Positions 17,380 through 25,713 of a stretch of 64,000 nt of DNA are shown here, in pieces. A model generated the notes under the pieces. That model was not told the origin of the DNA. It was given only the letters and a program-made list of their open reading frames with translations, and did no database searches. This DNA is from an uncultured Eubacteriales bacterium (GTDB taxonomy: Bacteria; Bacillota; Clostridia; Oscillospirales; Acutalibacteraceae): NCBI GenBank assembly GCA_949296825.1, contig CASFQZ010000085.1:6822-70821 (forward strand), read 5' to 3'. How positions within the stretch are numbered: position 1 is the stretch's first letter; each line of letters starts with the position of its first letter. A program made the translations under genes and the position numbers.

Positions 17380-18876
17380 TTATTTCTGCGCAGCGGCTGC
17401 TTTTCTTTCTTCGATTTCCGCGACCATTTGCTTCTGACGTTTTTCTGTCAAGCGATAGAAGAACATCGGCACGCAAGTCAGGAACATACTCAATGCACCG
17501 GACAGAACCAGCATATTCCAGAGAAGCGTTTCACCGGAAGCGCTGATATACACACCGTCTGCGGCGGTGGGATTGATGCCGGCGGCATAATAAGCAACCA
17601 CACCAACAAAGGCGCCGACCGCCATACCGATCTTATTGATAAAGGTCTGCATGGCGAAGCAAATGCCCTCACCGCGCTCGCCGGTCTTCCACTCCAGATA
17701 ATCAACGGTATCGCCGATCATTGCATAGGTAATGATATTGTTGACGCCTTGCGGCAAACCGAGGAGAACCAGACCGATGGCGCAAACAACGAGCTTCCAC
17801 GGAGCGTCATAACCGACAAAATACATAACAAACATTACGACTGCGCCGAACAGATGGATGCCGATATACGCCCATTTCTTGGTGAATTTTTTGGACATCC
17901 AGGGCACCAACAGCGAAGCGACCAGACCGCCGGGAACGACAAGCAGGGTAATCAAGCTATAGATTCCCTCGTTGTGCAAAACATATTTGGCAAAATACAG
18001 TCCGCCGGTATAAGTATAAACCATCCGGGCGCCGCCCAGAATACCGGAAAGAACGACCAGAAGCAGCTCTCTGTTCTTGAACAGGAGCTTCAGGTTATGC
18101 CCGAGAGAAGGCGCGTCATTGGTGGCAGTGAAGCGCTCTTTGGTATTTTTGAAGCCGTAGAGAACCGTGGGAATAGAGATGACCACCAACACCACCGCGC
18201 AGATGAAATAGGTCCATTTCAAGGTGCTAGCGTTATCATAGATAAATTCCGGCTTTACCAGACCGGCAGCGTCCTTATATTTCGCGGTAACAGCAGAGGT
18301 GATAATCGGAACAAAAACCGTCACAATACCAGCGCCGAGGGTGCAGATCAGACGAGCAACGGTCAGGATTTTGCCGCGCACTTCCGTATCGTTGGTCAGG
18401 CAGGAAGAAAGTCCCCAATACGGCACGTCAGCAATGGTATACACCACGGACCAGACCGTATATATACAGGCGATGGCGATAAAAGAAGAAACGGACGAGG
18501 CTTTGTAGACCGGCAGGAAGCAAAGCAGCGTGATGATGCCGATGGGAAGAACCGTCCACTTCAGGTAGGGCCGGCATTTGCCCCATTTGGTACGGGTCTT
18601 ATCGACAATGGACCCCATGATCGGGTCGTTGCAGGCGTCGAAGATACGAACACCCAGCATCAGAAAAGCGACCGCCATCGTACCGGAAACCGCGCCAACC
18701 ATGAAATCTTCCGAACCAAACAGCAAAGCATCGGTCATAAAGATTGTCAAATAAGAGCCAATGATGGTACAAATGAAGTTTTCGCCAAAACCGGCGATGC
18801 TGTAAGCGATCGCCTCTTTCGGCTGAACACCTTTGCCCGGTGTGGTGCCGAACAGCTTGTGCAATAAGTTATTCAT
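17380..18876 (-). CDS. MFS glycoside-pentoside-hexuronide (GPH):cation symporter family transporter
   Basis: 498 aa, 12 TM. MelB/XynT-like motif RIFDACNDPIMGSIVDKTRTKWGKCRPY. Confidence 0.8.
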   Translation of the reverse strand: MNNLLHKLFGTTPGKGVQPKEAIAYSIAGFGENFICTIIGSYLTIFMTDALLFGSEDFMVGAVSGTMAVAFLMLGVRIFDACNDPIMGSIVDKTRTKWGKCRPYLKWTVLPIGIITLLCFLPVYKASSVSSFIAIACIYTVWSVVYTIADVPYWGLSSCLTNDTEVRGKILTVARLICTLGAGIVTVFVPIITSAVTAKYKDAAGLVKPEFIYDNASTLKWTYFICAVVLVVISIPTVLYGFKNTKERFTATNDAPSLGHNLKLLFKNRELLLVVLSGILGGARMVYTYTGGLYFAKYVLHNEGIYSLITLLVVPGGLVASLLVPWMSKKFTKKWAYIGIHLFGAVVMFVMYFVGYDAPWKLVVCAIGLVLLGLPQGVNNIITYAMIGDTVDYLEWKTGERGEGICFAMQTFINKIGMAVGAFVGVVAYYAAGINPTAADGVYISASGETLLWNMLVLSGALSMFLTCVPMFFYRLTEKRQKQMVAEIEERKAAAAQK

Positions 18877-18907
18877 ACAAAACCTCCGTCCTGATTTTAA
18901 CTCTTAT

Positions 18908-18936
18908 ATTATAGTCCTCAGCCCGGCAATAGTCAA
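18908..18936 (-). promoter_or_regulatory. Candidate sigma-A promoter of the GPH transporter gene (TTGACT-17-TATAAT)
   Basis: Minus strand reads TTGACT (18936-18931), a 17-nt spacer, then TATAAT (18913-18908). Confidence 0.6.
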
Positions 18937-18955
18937 TAGATGTTGTAAAAAACCG

Positions 18956-19702
18956 TCAATTTTCAAGACATTTTTTATAAAAATCCAACGATGAAAAACC
19001 GCGTTCCGTCTGAGCGAGCAGATATCGCTCACTGATTGCGGCAAGGGATTTTACGTCAGCATCCGACAGGGGAAAGGAATAAATTTTTTCAAAATCCGAG
19101 TATACCACATGACACATCGCGGAGAGAACTGCGGGAGAGACCGGAAGACACGCCATGGACTTTGCACAGTCCTCACAATATAAAACACCCTCCACAGGGT
19201 GAAAAAGCATCGGCTTGTCAGCATTGCAGCCGCACACCGCGCACTCAATAAGCTCCGGCGCATAACCGCTCAGCGCGCAAAACCGCAGCTCCACGACTGC
19301 TTTGATCCATGTGGCGCTTTTATTCCGGCTGCAAAGGAAATGCAGGCCGTTCAGAATCAGACGGAGGAATTCTGGATTTTTTTCATCCGGCGCCACCAGC
19401 TCACACGCCAACTGTCCAAAATATTGCGCCAGCGCCAATGAAGAGAGATCCGCATTCAGCTGATAAAAAAGCTCTTTCGGCGCAGCTTCCAGAATCCGAT
19501 AGACATCTTTATTTTCATTGAATGCAAAGTCAGAAAAACTAAATGCCTGTGTGCCCGCGTGCAGCTTACTTTTCGGACGGCACGCCGCCTTGGCAAAAGC
19601 ACGAACCACACCGTGATCGCGGGTCAAAACGGTCACGATGCGGTCGCTTTCACCGGTATGTCTGACAGACAGAACCAATCCGTCTGTAACAAAATGCTCC
19701 AT
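18956..19702 (-). CDS. recO: DNA repair protein RecO
   Basis: 248 aa. OB-fold N-terminus and Zn motif CAVCG...CEDC. Sits directly downstream of era. Confidence 0.85.
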   Translation of the reverse strand: MEHFVTDGLVLSVRHTGESDRIVTVLTRDHGVVRAFAKAACRPKSKLHAGTQAFSFSDFAFNENKDVYRILEAAPKELFYQLNADLSSLALAQYFGQLACELVAPDEKNPEFLRLILNGLHFLCSRNKSATWIKAVVELRFCALSGYAPELIECAVCGCNADKPMLFHPVEGVLYCEDCAKSMACLPVSPAVLSAMCHVVYSDFEKIYSFPLSDADVKSLAAISERYLLAQTERGFSSLDFYKKCLEN

Positions 19703-19706
19703 GGAA

Positions 19707-20609
19707 TCAATCCAATCCGAAATGATGAATCAAGCCCTCGCGATTGCGCCAATCTTCCTTGACCTTTACCCAACAGCGAAGATTGACCTTGCAGCCAAAA
19801 AAACGTTCCAGGTCATATCGTGCCGCAGTGCTTACCGCTTTAAGCATTGCGCCGCCCTTGCCGATAATGATACCTTTGTGACTATCCTTCTCGCAATAAA
19901 TCGTAGCATCAATATCAAGGATGTCCGCGTTATCTCGCTCTCTGAACTGCTCAATTGCAACGGCGACGCCGTGAGGAATTTCCTGATTGAGGCGCAGCAA
20001 CAGCTTTTCGCGGATCATTTCCGCCGCCAGGACCCGTTCCGGCTGGTCGGTCAGCGTGTCATCGGGGAAATAATGGGGCGATTCCACTGCCAGCTTTTTC
20101 AGCTCGCTCAAAAGGATGGGAATCCCCTCCCCTTTTACAGCGCATAACGGAACCACTGCCTGAAAATCCGCCAGCTTGCTGAATTGAAGGATTAAAGAGG
20201 CGATTTGCTCTTTGTCTTTGACGGTGTCTGTTTTATTGACAGCCAAAATTACCGGCAGTCGTTCTTTAACGATCCGTTTTAATAAAGTAATTTCTGCCTC
20301 GCGCGGCTCTTTTTCCGTTTCAACCACCAGAAGGCAGGCGTCACCGCCGCTGATGGTCTCGTCAACGGCGCGCATCATTTTTTCGCCGAGCTTAGTATGG
20401 GGACGATGGAATCCCGGCGTGTCAGTAAAAACCAGCTGAACGCCGTCATCTGAGGTTAACACACCGGTAATCCCCGTACGGGTCGTCTGCGGCTTGGGGG
20501 AAACAATGGCAATTTTCTGCCCCAAAAGGTGGTTCAGAATGGTTGATTTTCCGGCGTTCGGGCAGCCGACAATGGCAATAAACGCCGATTTCGTCGTTAA
20601 AGGTTCCAT
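19707..20609 (-). CDS. era: GTPase Era
   Basis: G1 GCPNAGKST, G3 DTPG, G4 NKTD, C-terminal KH domain. Start chosen at ATG 20609 (MEPLTTKSAFIAIVG); 20633 and 20669 are alternatives. Confidence 0.9.
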   Translation of the reverse strand: MEPLTTKSAFIAIVGCPNAGKSTILNHLLGQKIAIVSPKPQTTRTGITGVLTSDDGVQLVFTDTPGFHRPHTKLGEKMMRAVDETISGGDACLLVVETEKEPREAEITLLKRIVKERLPVILAVNKTDTVKDKEQIASLILQFSKLADFQAVVPLCAVKGEGIPILLSELKKLAVESPHYFPDDTLTDQPERVLAAEMIREKLLLRLNQEIPHGVAVAIEQFRERDNADILDIDATIYCEKDSHKGIIIGKGGAMLKAVSTAARYDLERFFGCKVNLRCWVKVKEDWRNREGLIHHFGLD

Positions 20610-20625
20610 GCTTTGTAAGCTCCGA

Positions 20626-21132
20626 TCATTCATCCACCGGATAATAACTGCCGTTGCGCGGCAGTCCAAGGCGAATCAGGATCGCTTCTTCCTTTTCGCG
20701 CATTCTGATTTTTTGCAAGCCGCCTTCTTCATGGTCGTATCCCAGAAGGTGCAGCATGGAATGCGCCGTCAGATATGCGACCTCCCGCTGCAGAGAATGA
20801 CCAAATTCCGCTGCCTGCGCCACGGCGTGCTGCATCGAAATAACAATATCACCCAGGATTTTCGCGCCGGTATCGGGATTAACATCATAATTGCCGTTTT
20901 CGCCTAGGGGGAACGAAAGCACATCGGTGGAAGAATCGATGTTGCGGTATTTCTTATTTAACTCACGGATCTGCTCATCATTCACAAAGCTCACGCTGAT
21001 TTCTGCGGAGCCTTCGAAATTTTCCAACACCAAAGCCGCGTGACAGCAGCGGCGCACCAACATGCGAATGCCGGTCGGGATTTTAACGTCTTTCTGATTG
21101 TTTGTGATGATAACTTTGATTTTGTCCGGCAT
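20626..21132 (-). CDS. ybeY: rRNA maturation RNase YbeY
   Basis: HSMLHLLGYDH metal-binding motif. ATG 21132 follows AAAGGA. Confidence 0.9.
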   Translation of the reverse strand: MPDKIKVIITNNQKDVKIPTGIRMLVRRCCHAALVLENFEGSAEISVSFVNDEQIRELNKKYRNIDSSTDVLSFPLGENGNYDVNPDTGAKILGDIVISMQHAVAQAAEFGHSLQREVAYLTAHSMLHLLGYDHEEGGLQKIRMREKEEAILIRLGLPRNGSYYPVDE

Positions 21133-21148
21133 AGTTTTCAATCCTTTC

Positions 21149-22102
21149 TTATTTTCTTAAAGCTTTTTCATAGGCTTTTATGATATCCTGCACCAAACGG
21201 TGACGCACTACGTCTTTTTCGTTGAAAAGAACGGTTTCGATATCATCGACATTTTTCAATATTTTAATCACATCCACGAGCCCGGAGCGCTTCCCGTCCG
21301 GAAGATCGATCTGTGTAATGTCGCCTGTCACAACGATTTTAGAATTAAACCCGAGCCGGGTCAAAAACATTTTCATCTGCTCCGGGGTGGTGTTTTGCGC
21401 TTCATCCAAAATAATAAAGCTGTCGTCCAATGTTCGCCCGCGCATATACGCCAAAGGTGCGACTTCAATATTGCCGCGCTCCTGATATCGATTGAAATTT
21501 TCCGCGCCAAGCATATCAAACAGCGCATCATACAGCGGACGCAGATACGGATCCACCTTTGATTGCAGATCGCCGGGAAGAAAACCGAGCTTTTCGCCAG
21601 CTTCGACGGCAGGTCGAGTCAGAATAATCCGATTGACTTCTTTGGCACGAAACGCGGTAACCGCCATAGCGACGGCAAGGTAGGTCTTTCCGGTCCCGGC
21701 GGGACCAACACCGAAAACGATGGTATTGTTTTTGATCGCCTCGATATAGTGCTTCTGCCCAAGGGTCTTTGGCTTGACCGGCTTTCCACGGGAGGTAATA
21801 CAGATACAATCCGCCGTCATGGCGGCAAGCTTGTCCTCGCTTCCCTCCTGCACCAAGGAGAGGACATAGCGAATATTCTGCTCCGTTAGCGGCTCGCCCT
21901 TGTTGATCAGCGTCAGCAAACCGTGGATCGCCCGAACGGCGCAGGAAACCTGCTCCGGCTCGCCGGAGACCTTCAGCTCGGTCCCACGATTGAGAATATC
22001 AACGGAATATTGATTTTCAATCAATTTAATATTTTCGTCAAAACTGCCGAACAGGCTAACCGCCTGTTCCATCCGATCAAAACTGATGGTTTGTTCAAAC
22101 AT
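21149..22102 (-). CDS. phoH: PhoH family ATPase
   Basis: Walker A GPAGTGKT and PhoH-like core. ATG 22102 follows GGAGAG. Confidence 0.9.
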   Translation of the reverse strand: MFEQTISFDRMEQAVSLFGSFDENIKLIENQYSVDILNRGTELKVSGEPEQVSCAVRAIHGLLTLINKGEPLTEQNIRYVLSLVQEGSEDKLAAMTADCICITSRGKPVKPKTLGQKHYIEAIKNNTIVFGVGPAGTGKTYLAVAMAVTAFRAKEVNRIILTRPAVEAGEKLGFLPGDLQSKVDPYLRPLYDALFDMLGAENFNRYQERGNIEVAPLAYMRGRTLDDSFIILDEAQNTTPEQMKMFLTRLGFNSKIVVTGDITQIDLPDGKRSGLVDVIKILKNVDDIETVLFNEKDVVRHRLVQDIIKAYEKALRK

Positions 22103-22136
22103 GAACTTCTCTCCAAATTCACACACTACACGATAT

Positions 22137-22165
22137 ATTTTAGCATTCTTCGGCAATTGATGCAA
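22137..22165 (-). promoter_or_regulatory. Candidate sigma-A promoter of the phoH-ybeY-era-recO block (TTGCAT-17-TAAAAT)
   Basis: Minus strand reads TTGCAT (22165-22160), a 17-nt spacer, then TAAAAT (22142-22137). Confidence 0.45.
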
Positions 22166-22236
22166 GGGATTTTGCAAAAAAAACTGTTAAATCTTAATAT
22201 ATTTTTTATCCTGCATTGGACATAATCTACAAAAAA

Positions 22237-23424
22237 CTATTCTTTGTGGGTCGAATCCGCCAGATATTCCTCTATCGGAACTTCAATCGCGATATTTTCA
22301 CGACAGTCTGCCCTCCAAAACAGCGTCCCCGTTCCCGGCTGCTCTTCTCGCAGCTGCTCATCAAGCATCTCGCATTCTTCCATCATCGCAGCATATGCTT
22401 CATAAAACGAAGAGCAGCTCAAAAGAAAGTATTCATCCTTCGCAAGGAACGAATCATTCAACGCCGTCAACTCATAGGACACGTTTTTCCTGGCACCGAT
22501 GGGAAGCAAAACCTCCGAGAGTGAAACGTCAATTTCTGTCACGGAAGAAAACGATTGTTTTTTTGCCAGAGCAACCGGTATTTCGACCCCGAAGAAATAT
22601 AGACTATTCTGTTTATATACCGACCCGATTACGGCGTATTCAGATAAATCCGGCGTTATTCTCAGCTCTCTTTGCGTGCGGGCGACACAGCTGCCCTGGG
22701 CGTGGACGACGTATGTGGTTTCATCCTTTTTTGTCACAATCCCGCTGATCAGCACCTCTCCTTTTTCCACTGCTTCCTTGTTTTTTACCAGCGCCGTTCC
22801 CCGCTCTATATGCAGCTGCTCCACATACCCGTCTCTGGCGGCAACCAGATGCGTTGGCGTGTCCTGCTCGACGATTGGCGGTGCTTCGACTTGCTCGCGC
22901 ACCTCAATCACCGCCGTACTGCCGCGCAGATTGACCGCGACCCAGGATATTTCCTGTATGCTTCGACGTACTGCGATTTCGGCGGCGGAAACATCAACAT
23001 TGTGCTTCCAAGCACCGCGCGAAACACCGCTCGCCTGCGCCGCAGCAAGAATCGCCTCGGCACGAACCGTACGATTTCCGTTAACCTCAATGCGCCAAAG
23101 GCACTGGCTGCAAACGGCATACAACGCGACAGACAGGAACAGCCCGGCAACAAGTCCGATCCGCGCGCGATTTTTATGTAATAAAAAGGGAATTCCGCTT
23201 TTTTCTACGGCATGGACCCGCACCCCGGATTTTCTTGCTGCCTGGCGTAGTCTTTTATAGCCATTTACGCTGGTTTGGGCAGACAGCTCGCTGCCATTTA
23301 TTTCCAGATCCCAAAGCGGGATCCTTTTTTGATGGCATAAATTAACGAAGCGAGACAGAAAACCTCCCTGTCCCTTAAAAGATACCGTTCCGAAAAACAG
23401 CCGTATCCAACGTACAAGCCACAT
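22237..23424 (-). CDS. yqfD: Sporulation protein YqfD
   Basis: 395 aa. N-terminus MWLVRWIRLFFGTVSFKGQGG, one central TM segment. Follows yqfC as in Bacillus and Clostridium. Confidence 0.8.
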   Translation of the reverse strand: MWLVRWIRLFFGTVSFKGQGGFLSRFVNLCHQKRIPLWDLEINGSELSAQTSVNGYKRLRQAARKSGVRVHAVEKSGIPFLLHKNRARIGLVAGLFLSVALYAVCSQCLWRIEVNGNRTVRAEAILAAAQASGVSRGAWKHNVDVSAAEIAVRRSIQEISWVAVNLRGSTAVIEVREQVEAPPIVEQDTPTHLVAARDGYVEQLHIERGTALVKNKEAVEKGEVLISGIVTKKDETTYVVHAQGSCVARTQRELRITPDLSEYAVIGSVYKQNSLYFFGVEIPVALAKKQSFSSVTEIDVSLSEVLLPIGARKNVSYELTALNDSFLAKDEYFLLSCSSFYEAYAAMMEECEMLDEQLREEQPGTGTLFWRADCRENIAIEVPIEEYLADSTHKE

Positions 23425-23436
23425 AATACTGCCCCT

Positions 23437-23709
23437 TTATTGATATTCGATGGAATTGATTCTGCCGCGGATCACCGCCTCTCCCCCGTCAAGCTGCATC
23501 AATTGCAAATCGCAGCCGCGGAAGGTCAAAATTTTTCCGCCGGCGGATAAGCGAATAACATCGCTGTCATAGTCGCAAACACCGGCACAATCGGACAAAA
23601 TCGCTTCGCTGACACCATTGACCTGCAGCTTCGGTGTTACTTCACTGATCGGGCGCAAAAGCGATTGCCGATCAAAATTTTCAAATATCTGCATTTCAGA
23701 AAGCTTCAT
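23437..23709 (-). CDS. yqfC: Sporulation protein YqfC (YabP family)
   Basis: 90 aa. YabP-like beta-rich sequence, good RBS GGAGGGAG, upstream of yqfD. Confidence 0.75.
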   Translation of the reverse strand: MKLSEMQIFENFDRQSLLRPISEVTPKLQVNGVSEAILSDCAGVCDYDSDVIRLSAGGKILTFRGCDLQLMQLDGGEAVIRGRINSIEYQ

Positions 23710-23779
23710 TACGCTCCCTCCCCTATGTATCTATGCGCCGGCGGGAATAAATATAGCAAAGCGAAAATAAAATGGCAAT

Positions 23780-24832
23780 ATGAAAAAACATTCACCAAAA
23801 GCCCACATCGATGTGAAAAAATATTTTATTGCTTGTGCAATGCTCTGCGCCGCTGTTTTTCTGTTGGCGAAAGCGCAGAGTATCGGCGAAGGCATCCGCG
23901 CCGGGATAAAAATTGCCTTGGAGCAAGTCATCCCTTCCCTGTATCCCTTTATGATTCTTACGATCCTCCTCGGAAATCTCCAGCCGCTGTTTTTATTACC
24001 TCAAAGAAAGGACCGGCACAGAAGGGTTTTGCCACCGGGCTGCCTGCCGGCAATCCTTATGTCAATGATCGGCGGCTATCCGGCGGGACTGAAGCTGATC
24101 AGTGATATGCGAGAACGAAATCAAATAACACCGGAACACGCCGAGATACTATCCGCCTTCTGCTTTAACAGCGGACCGGCTTTTTTGCTTTCGGTTGTCG
24201 GGAAAAATATGTTTGGCGCCACAAGGGCGGGCATTTTCCTGCTGGCAGCGACATCCCTCTCATCGATTTTCTGTGCGTTCGCGACAATGAAAAACCTAAA
24301 GCCTCAGACCGAAAACAAATCGGAGCAAACTGCGGCTGCCCCCCTTGGAAATATTTTGGTCTCCGCCGTTTCCTCCGCTGCCCATGCAGTTTGCAGCGCT
24401 GCTCTTTGGATTTGCCTGTTTCAGGGCGTTATCTTCGGATTGGAGGACATCTTCGGAGCGCTGCCGGAGCAGATACGTATTTTTATGGAAGTGACCGACG
24501 GTTGCTCTATCTGCGCACAAAGAGGAAATCTGCCGCTGGCGGCAGCCGCCTGCGCTTTCGGCGGCTTTTGTGTCCACTGTCAAATTTTACCTTTTCTGCA
24601 AAAATGCAAAATAAAATACCGGTACTTTTTCAAGTACCGGCTCTATCATAGCCTTCTTTCCTATTTTGTCTGTTGGCTTCTCATAAAAATAGTTCCAATA
24701 GCGGCATCCGCTCAGCCGATCGCAACGTCGGGTTTTCGGTTTGACGGATTTTCCGTATGTATCCTCCTGCTTTTGAGTGCCGCACTGATTTGGGATACCG
24801 CACCGAATATTCAAAAGAGCATCCCGGGCTAA
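23780..24832 (+). CDS. YlbJ-like sporulation integral membrane protein (nucleoside-recognition/gate domain)
   Basis: 350 aa, multi-TM. The segments IPSLYPFMILT and LPPGCLPAILMSMIGGYPAGLKL...FCFNSGPAFLL align by eye with B. subtilis YlbJ. Confidence 0.55.
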   Translation: MKKHSPKAHIDVKKYFIACAMLCAAVFLLAKAQSIGEGIRAGIKIALEQVIPSLYPFMILTILLGNLQPLFLLPQRKDRHRRVLPPGCLPAILMSMIGGYPAGLKLISDMRERNQITPEHAEILSAFCFNSGPAFLLSVVGKNMFGATRAGIFLLAATSLSSIFCAFATMKNLKPQTENKSEQTAAAPLGNILVSAVSSAAHAVCSAALWICLFQGVIFGLEDIFGALPEQIRIFMEVTDGCSICAQRGNLPLAAAACAFGGFCVHCQILPFLQKCKIKYRYFFKYRLYHSLLSYFVCWLLIKIVPIAASAQPIATSGFRFDGFSVCILLLLSAALIWDTAPNIQKSIPG

Positions 24833-25710
24833 TTCTTTTTATTTATCCAATCGGGAATCGCCTTGCATTCTTCATACATGGCAGCGTAGCTGGCGTGACG
24901 CGTCGGCTCAATTTTACCGTCGGCAAGCGCCTGTAATACGGCGCATCCTTTTTCTACCGTATGCGAACAGCCGGCAAACCTGCAATGGGCGGCATACGGT
25001 GAAAAATCGGGGAAGTAATCGGCAAGATTATATTTAGTAATTCCGCTGCCTATTTCCAGCTCCAGCGCGGAAAAGCCGGGTGTATCGGCAATGAAGCCGC
25101 CGAAAAGAGGGAAAAGCTCCACACTGCGTGTCGTATGGCGTCCTCTGCCGAGCTTTTTGCTAATCTCACCGGTCTCAAGCTGCAGCTGGGGCGCAATCCG
25201 GTTCAGCAGCGAGGATTTACCTGCGCCGGAATTTCCGGTCAGAGCACAAACGGAGTTGGCAAAAAGAGGTAGAAAAGCATCTATGCCTTCGCCCGTTACC
25301 GAAGAAAAGGCAAAGCTCAAAAAGCCGGCGCGGCGATAAATCGCAGCATAGTCAGCAACATCGCTCAAGTCGGATTTGGAAAACAAAATAACCGGCTCAA
25401 TTTTCTGAAAACATGCGCAGGCAAGCAGCCGGTCAATCACCAAAAGGTTAGGCGACGGGGAAACACCCGCCGCCACCACAAACAATTTATCAATATTTGC
25501 AATCGGCGGACGAAGAAGGAAATTCGTCCGCTTTTTGATTGTGACAATCGTCTGCGCCTGTGTATCTACCTCGACAAAATCGCCAGTCAGCGGTTTTATG
25601 CCATCTTTGCGAAACACACCGCGCGCCTTACAGGCGAGCGTCCTTCCGTCCTCCAGCAAAACGGTATACAATCCGCCGACACCTTTTAAGATCCGTCCAG
25701 ATACTTTCAT
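24829..25710 (-). CDS. rsgA: Ribosome small-subunit-dependent GTPase A
   Basis: Circularly permuted GTPase: SKSDL, then GNSGAGKSSL, then DTPGF. C-terminal Zn cluster CRFAGCSH. Confidence 0.9.
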   Translation of the reverse strand: MKVSGRILKGVGGLYTVLLEDGRTLACKARGVFRKDGIKPLTGDFVEVDTQAQTIVTIKKRTNFLLRPPIANIDKLFVVAAGVSPSPNLLVIDRLLACACFQKIEPVILFSKSDLSDVADYAAIYRRAGFLSFAFSSVTGEGIDAFLPLFANSVCALTGNSGAGKSSLLNRIAPQLQLETGEISKKLGRGRHTTRSVELFPLFGGFIADTPGFSALELEIGSGITKYNLADYFPDFSPYAAHCRFAGCSHTVEKGCAVLQALADGKIEPTRHASYAAMYEECKAIPDWINKKN

Positions 25711-25713
25711 TGC

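Noticed and set aside
17428-18867. Very long antisense ORFs opposite real genes: 479 aa opposite the GPH transporter, 416 aa at 6858..8108 opposite recJ, 351 aa at 52952..54007 opposite asnS, 492 aa at 61220..62698 opposite mfd, and 268 aa at 45568..46374 opposite the kinase.
   Set aside because: Their composition is R/G/H/Q/D-rich and low-complexity. I recognise no motifs and see no RBS. Each lies entirely inside a well-supported gene on the other strand. This is the usual stop-poor antisense frame of moderately GC-rich coding DNA.
23950-24060. Possible double frameshift in the ylbJ-like gene. The main frame gives a charged stretch, LPQRKDRHRRV, where B. subtilis YlbJ is hydrophobic.
   Set aside because: The alternative frame (KSPAAVFITSKKGPAQKGF) is not a better match. 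The main frame rejoins the conserved LPPGC...GGYPAG motif without interruption, so there is not enough evidence for a frameshift.
24829-24832. Overlapping stop codons (CTAA) of the convergent ylbJ-like and rsgA genes, with no terminator between them.
   Set aside because: It is real in the sequence but a common consequence of genome compaction. I see no additional structure to interpret.
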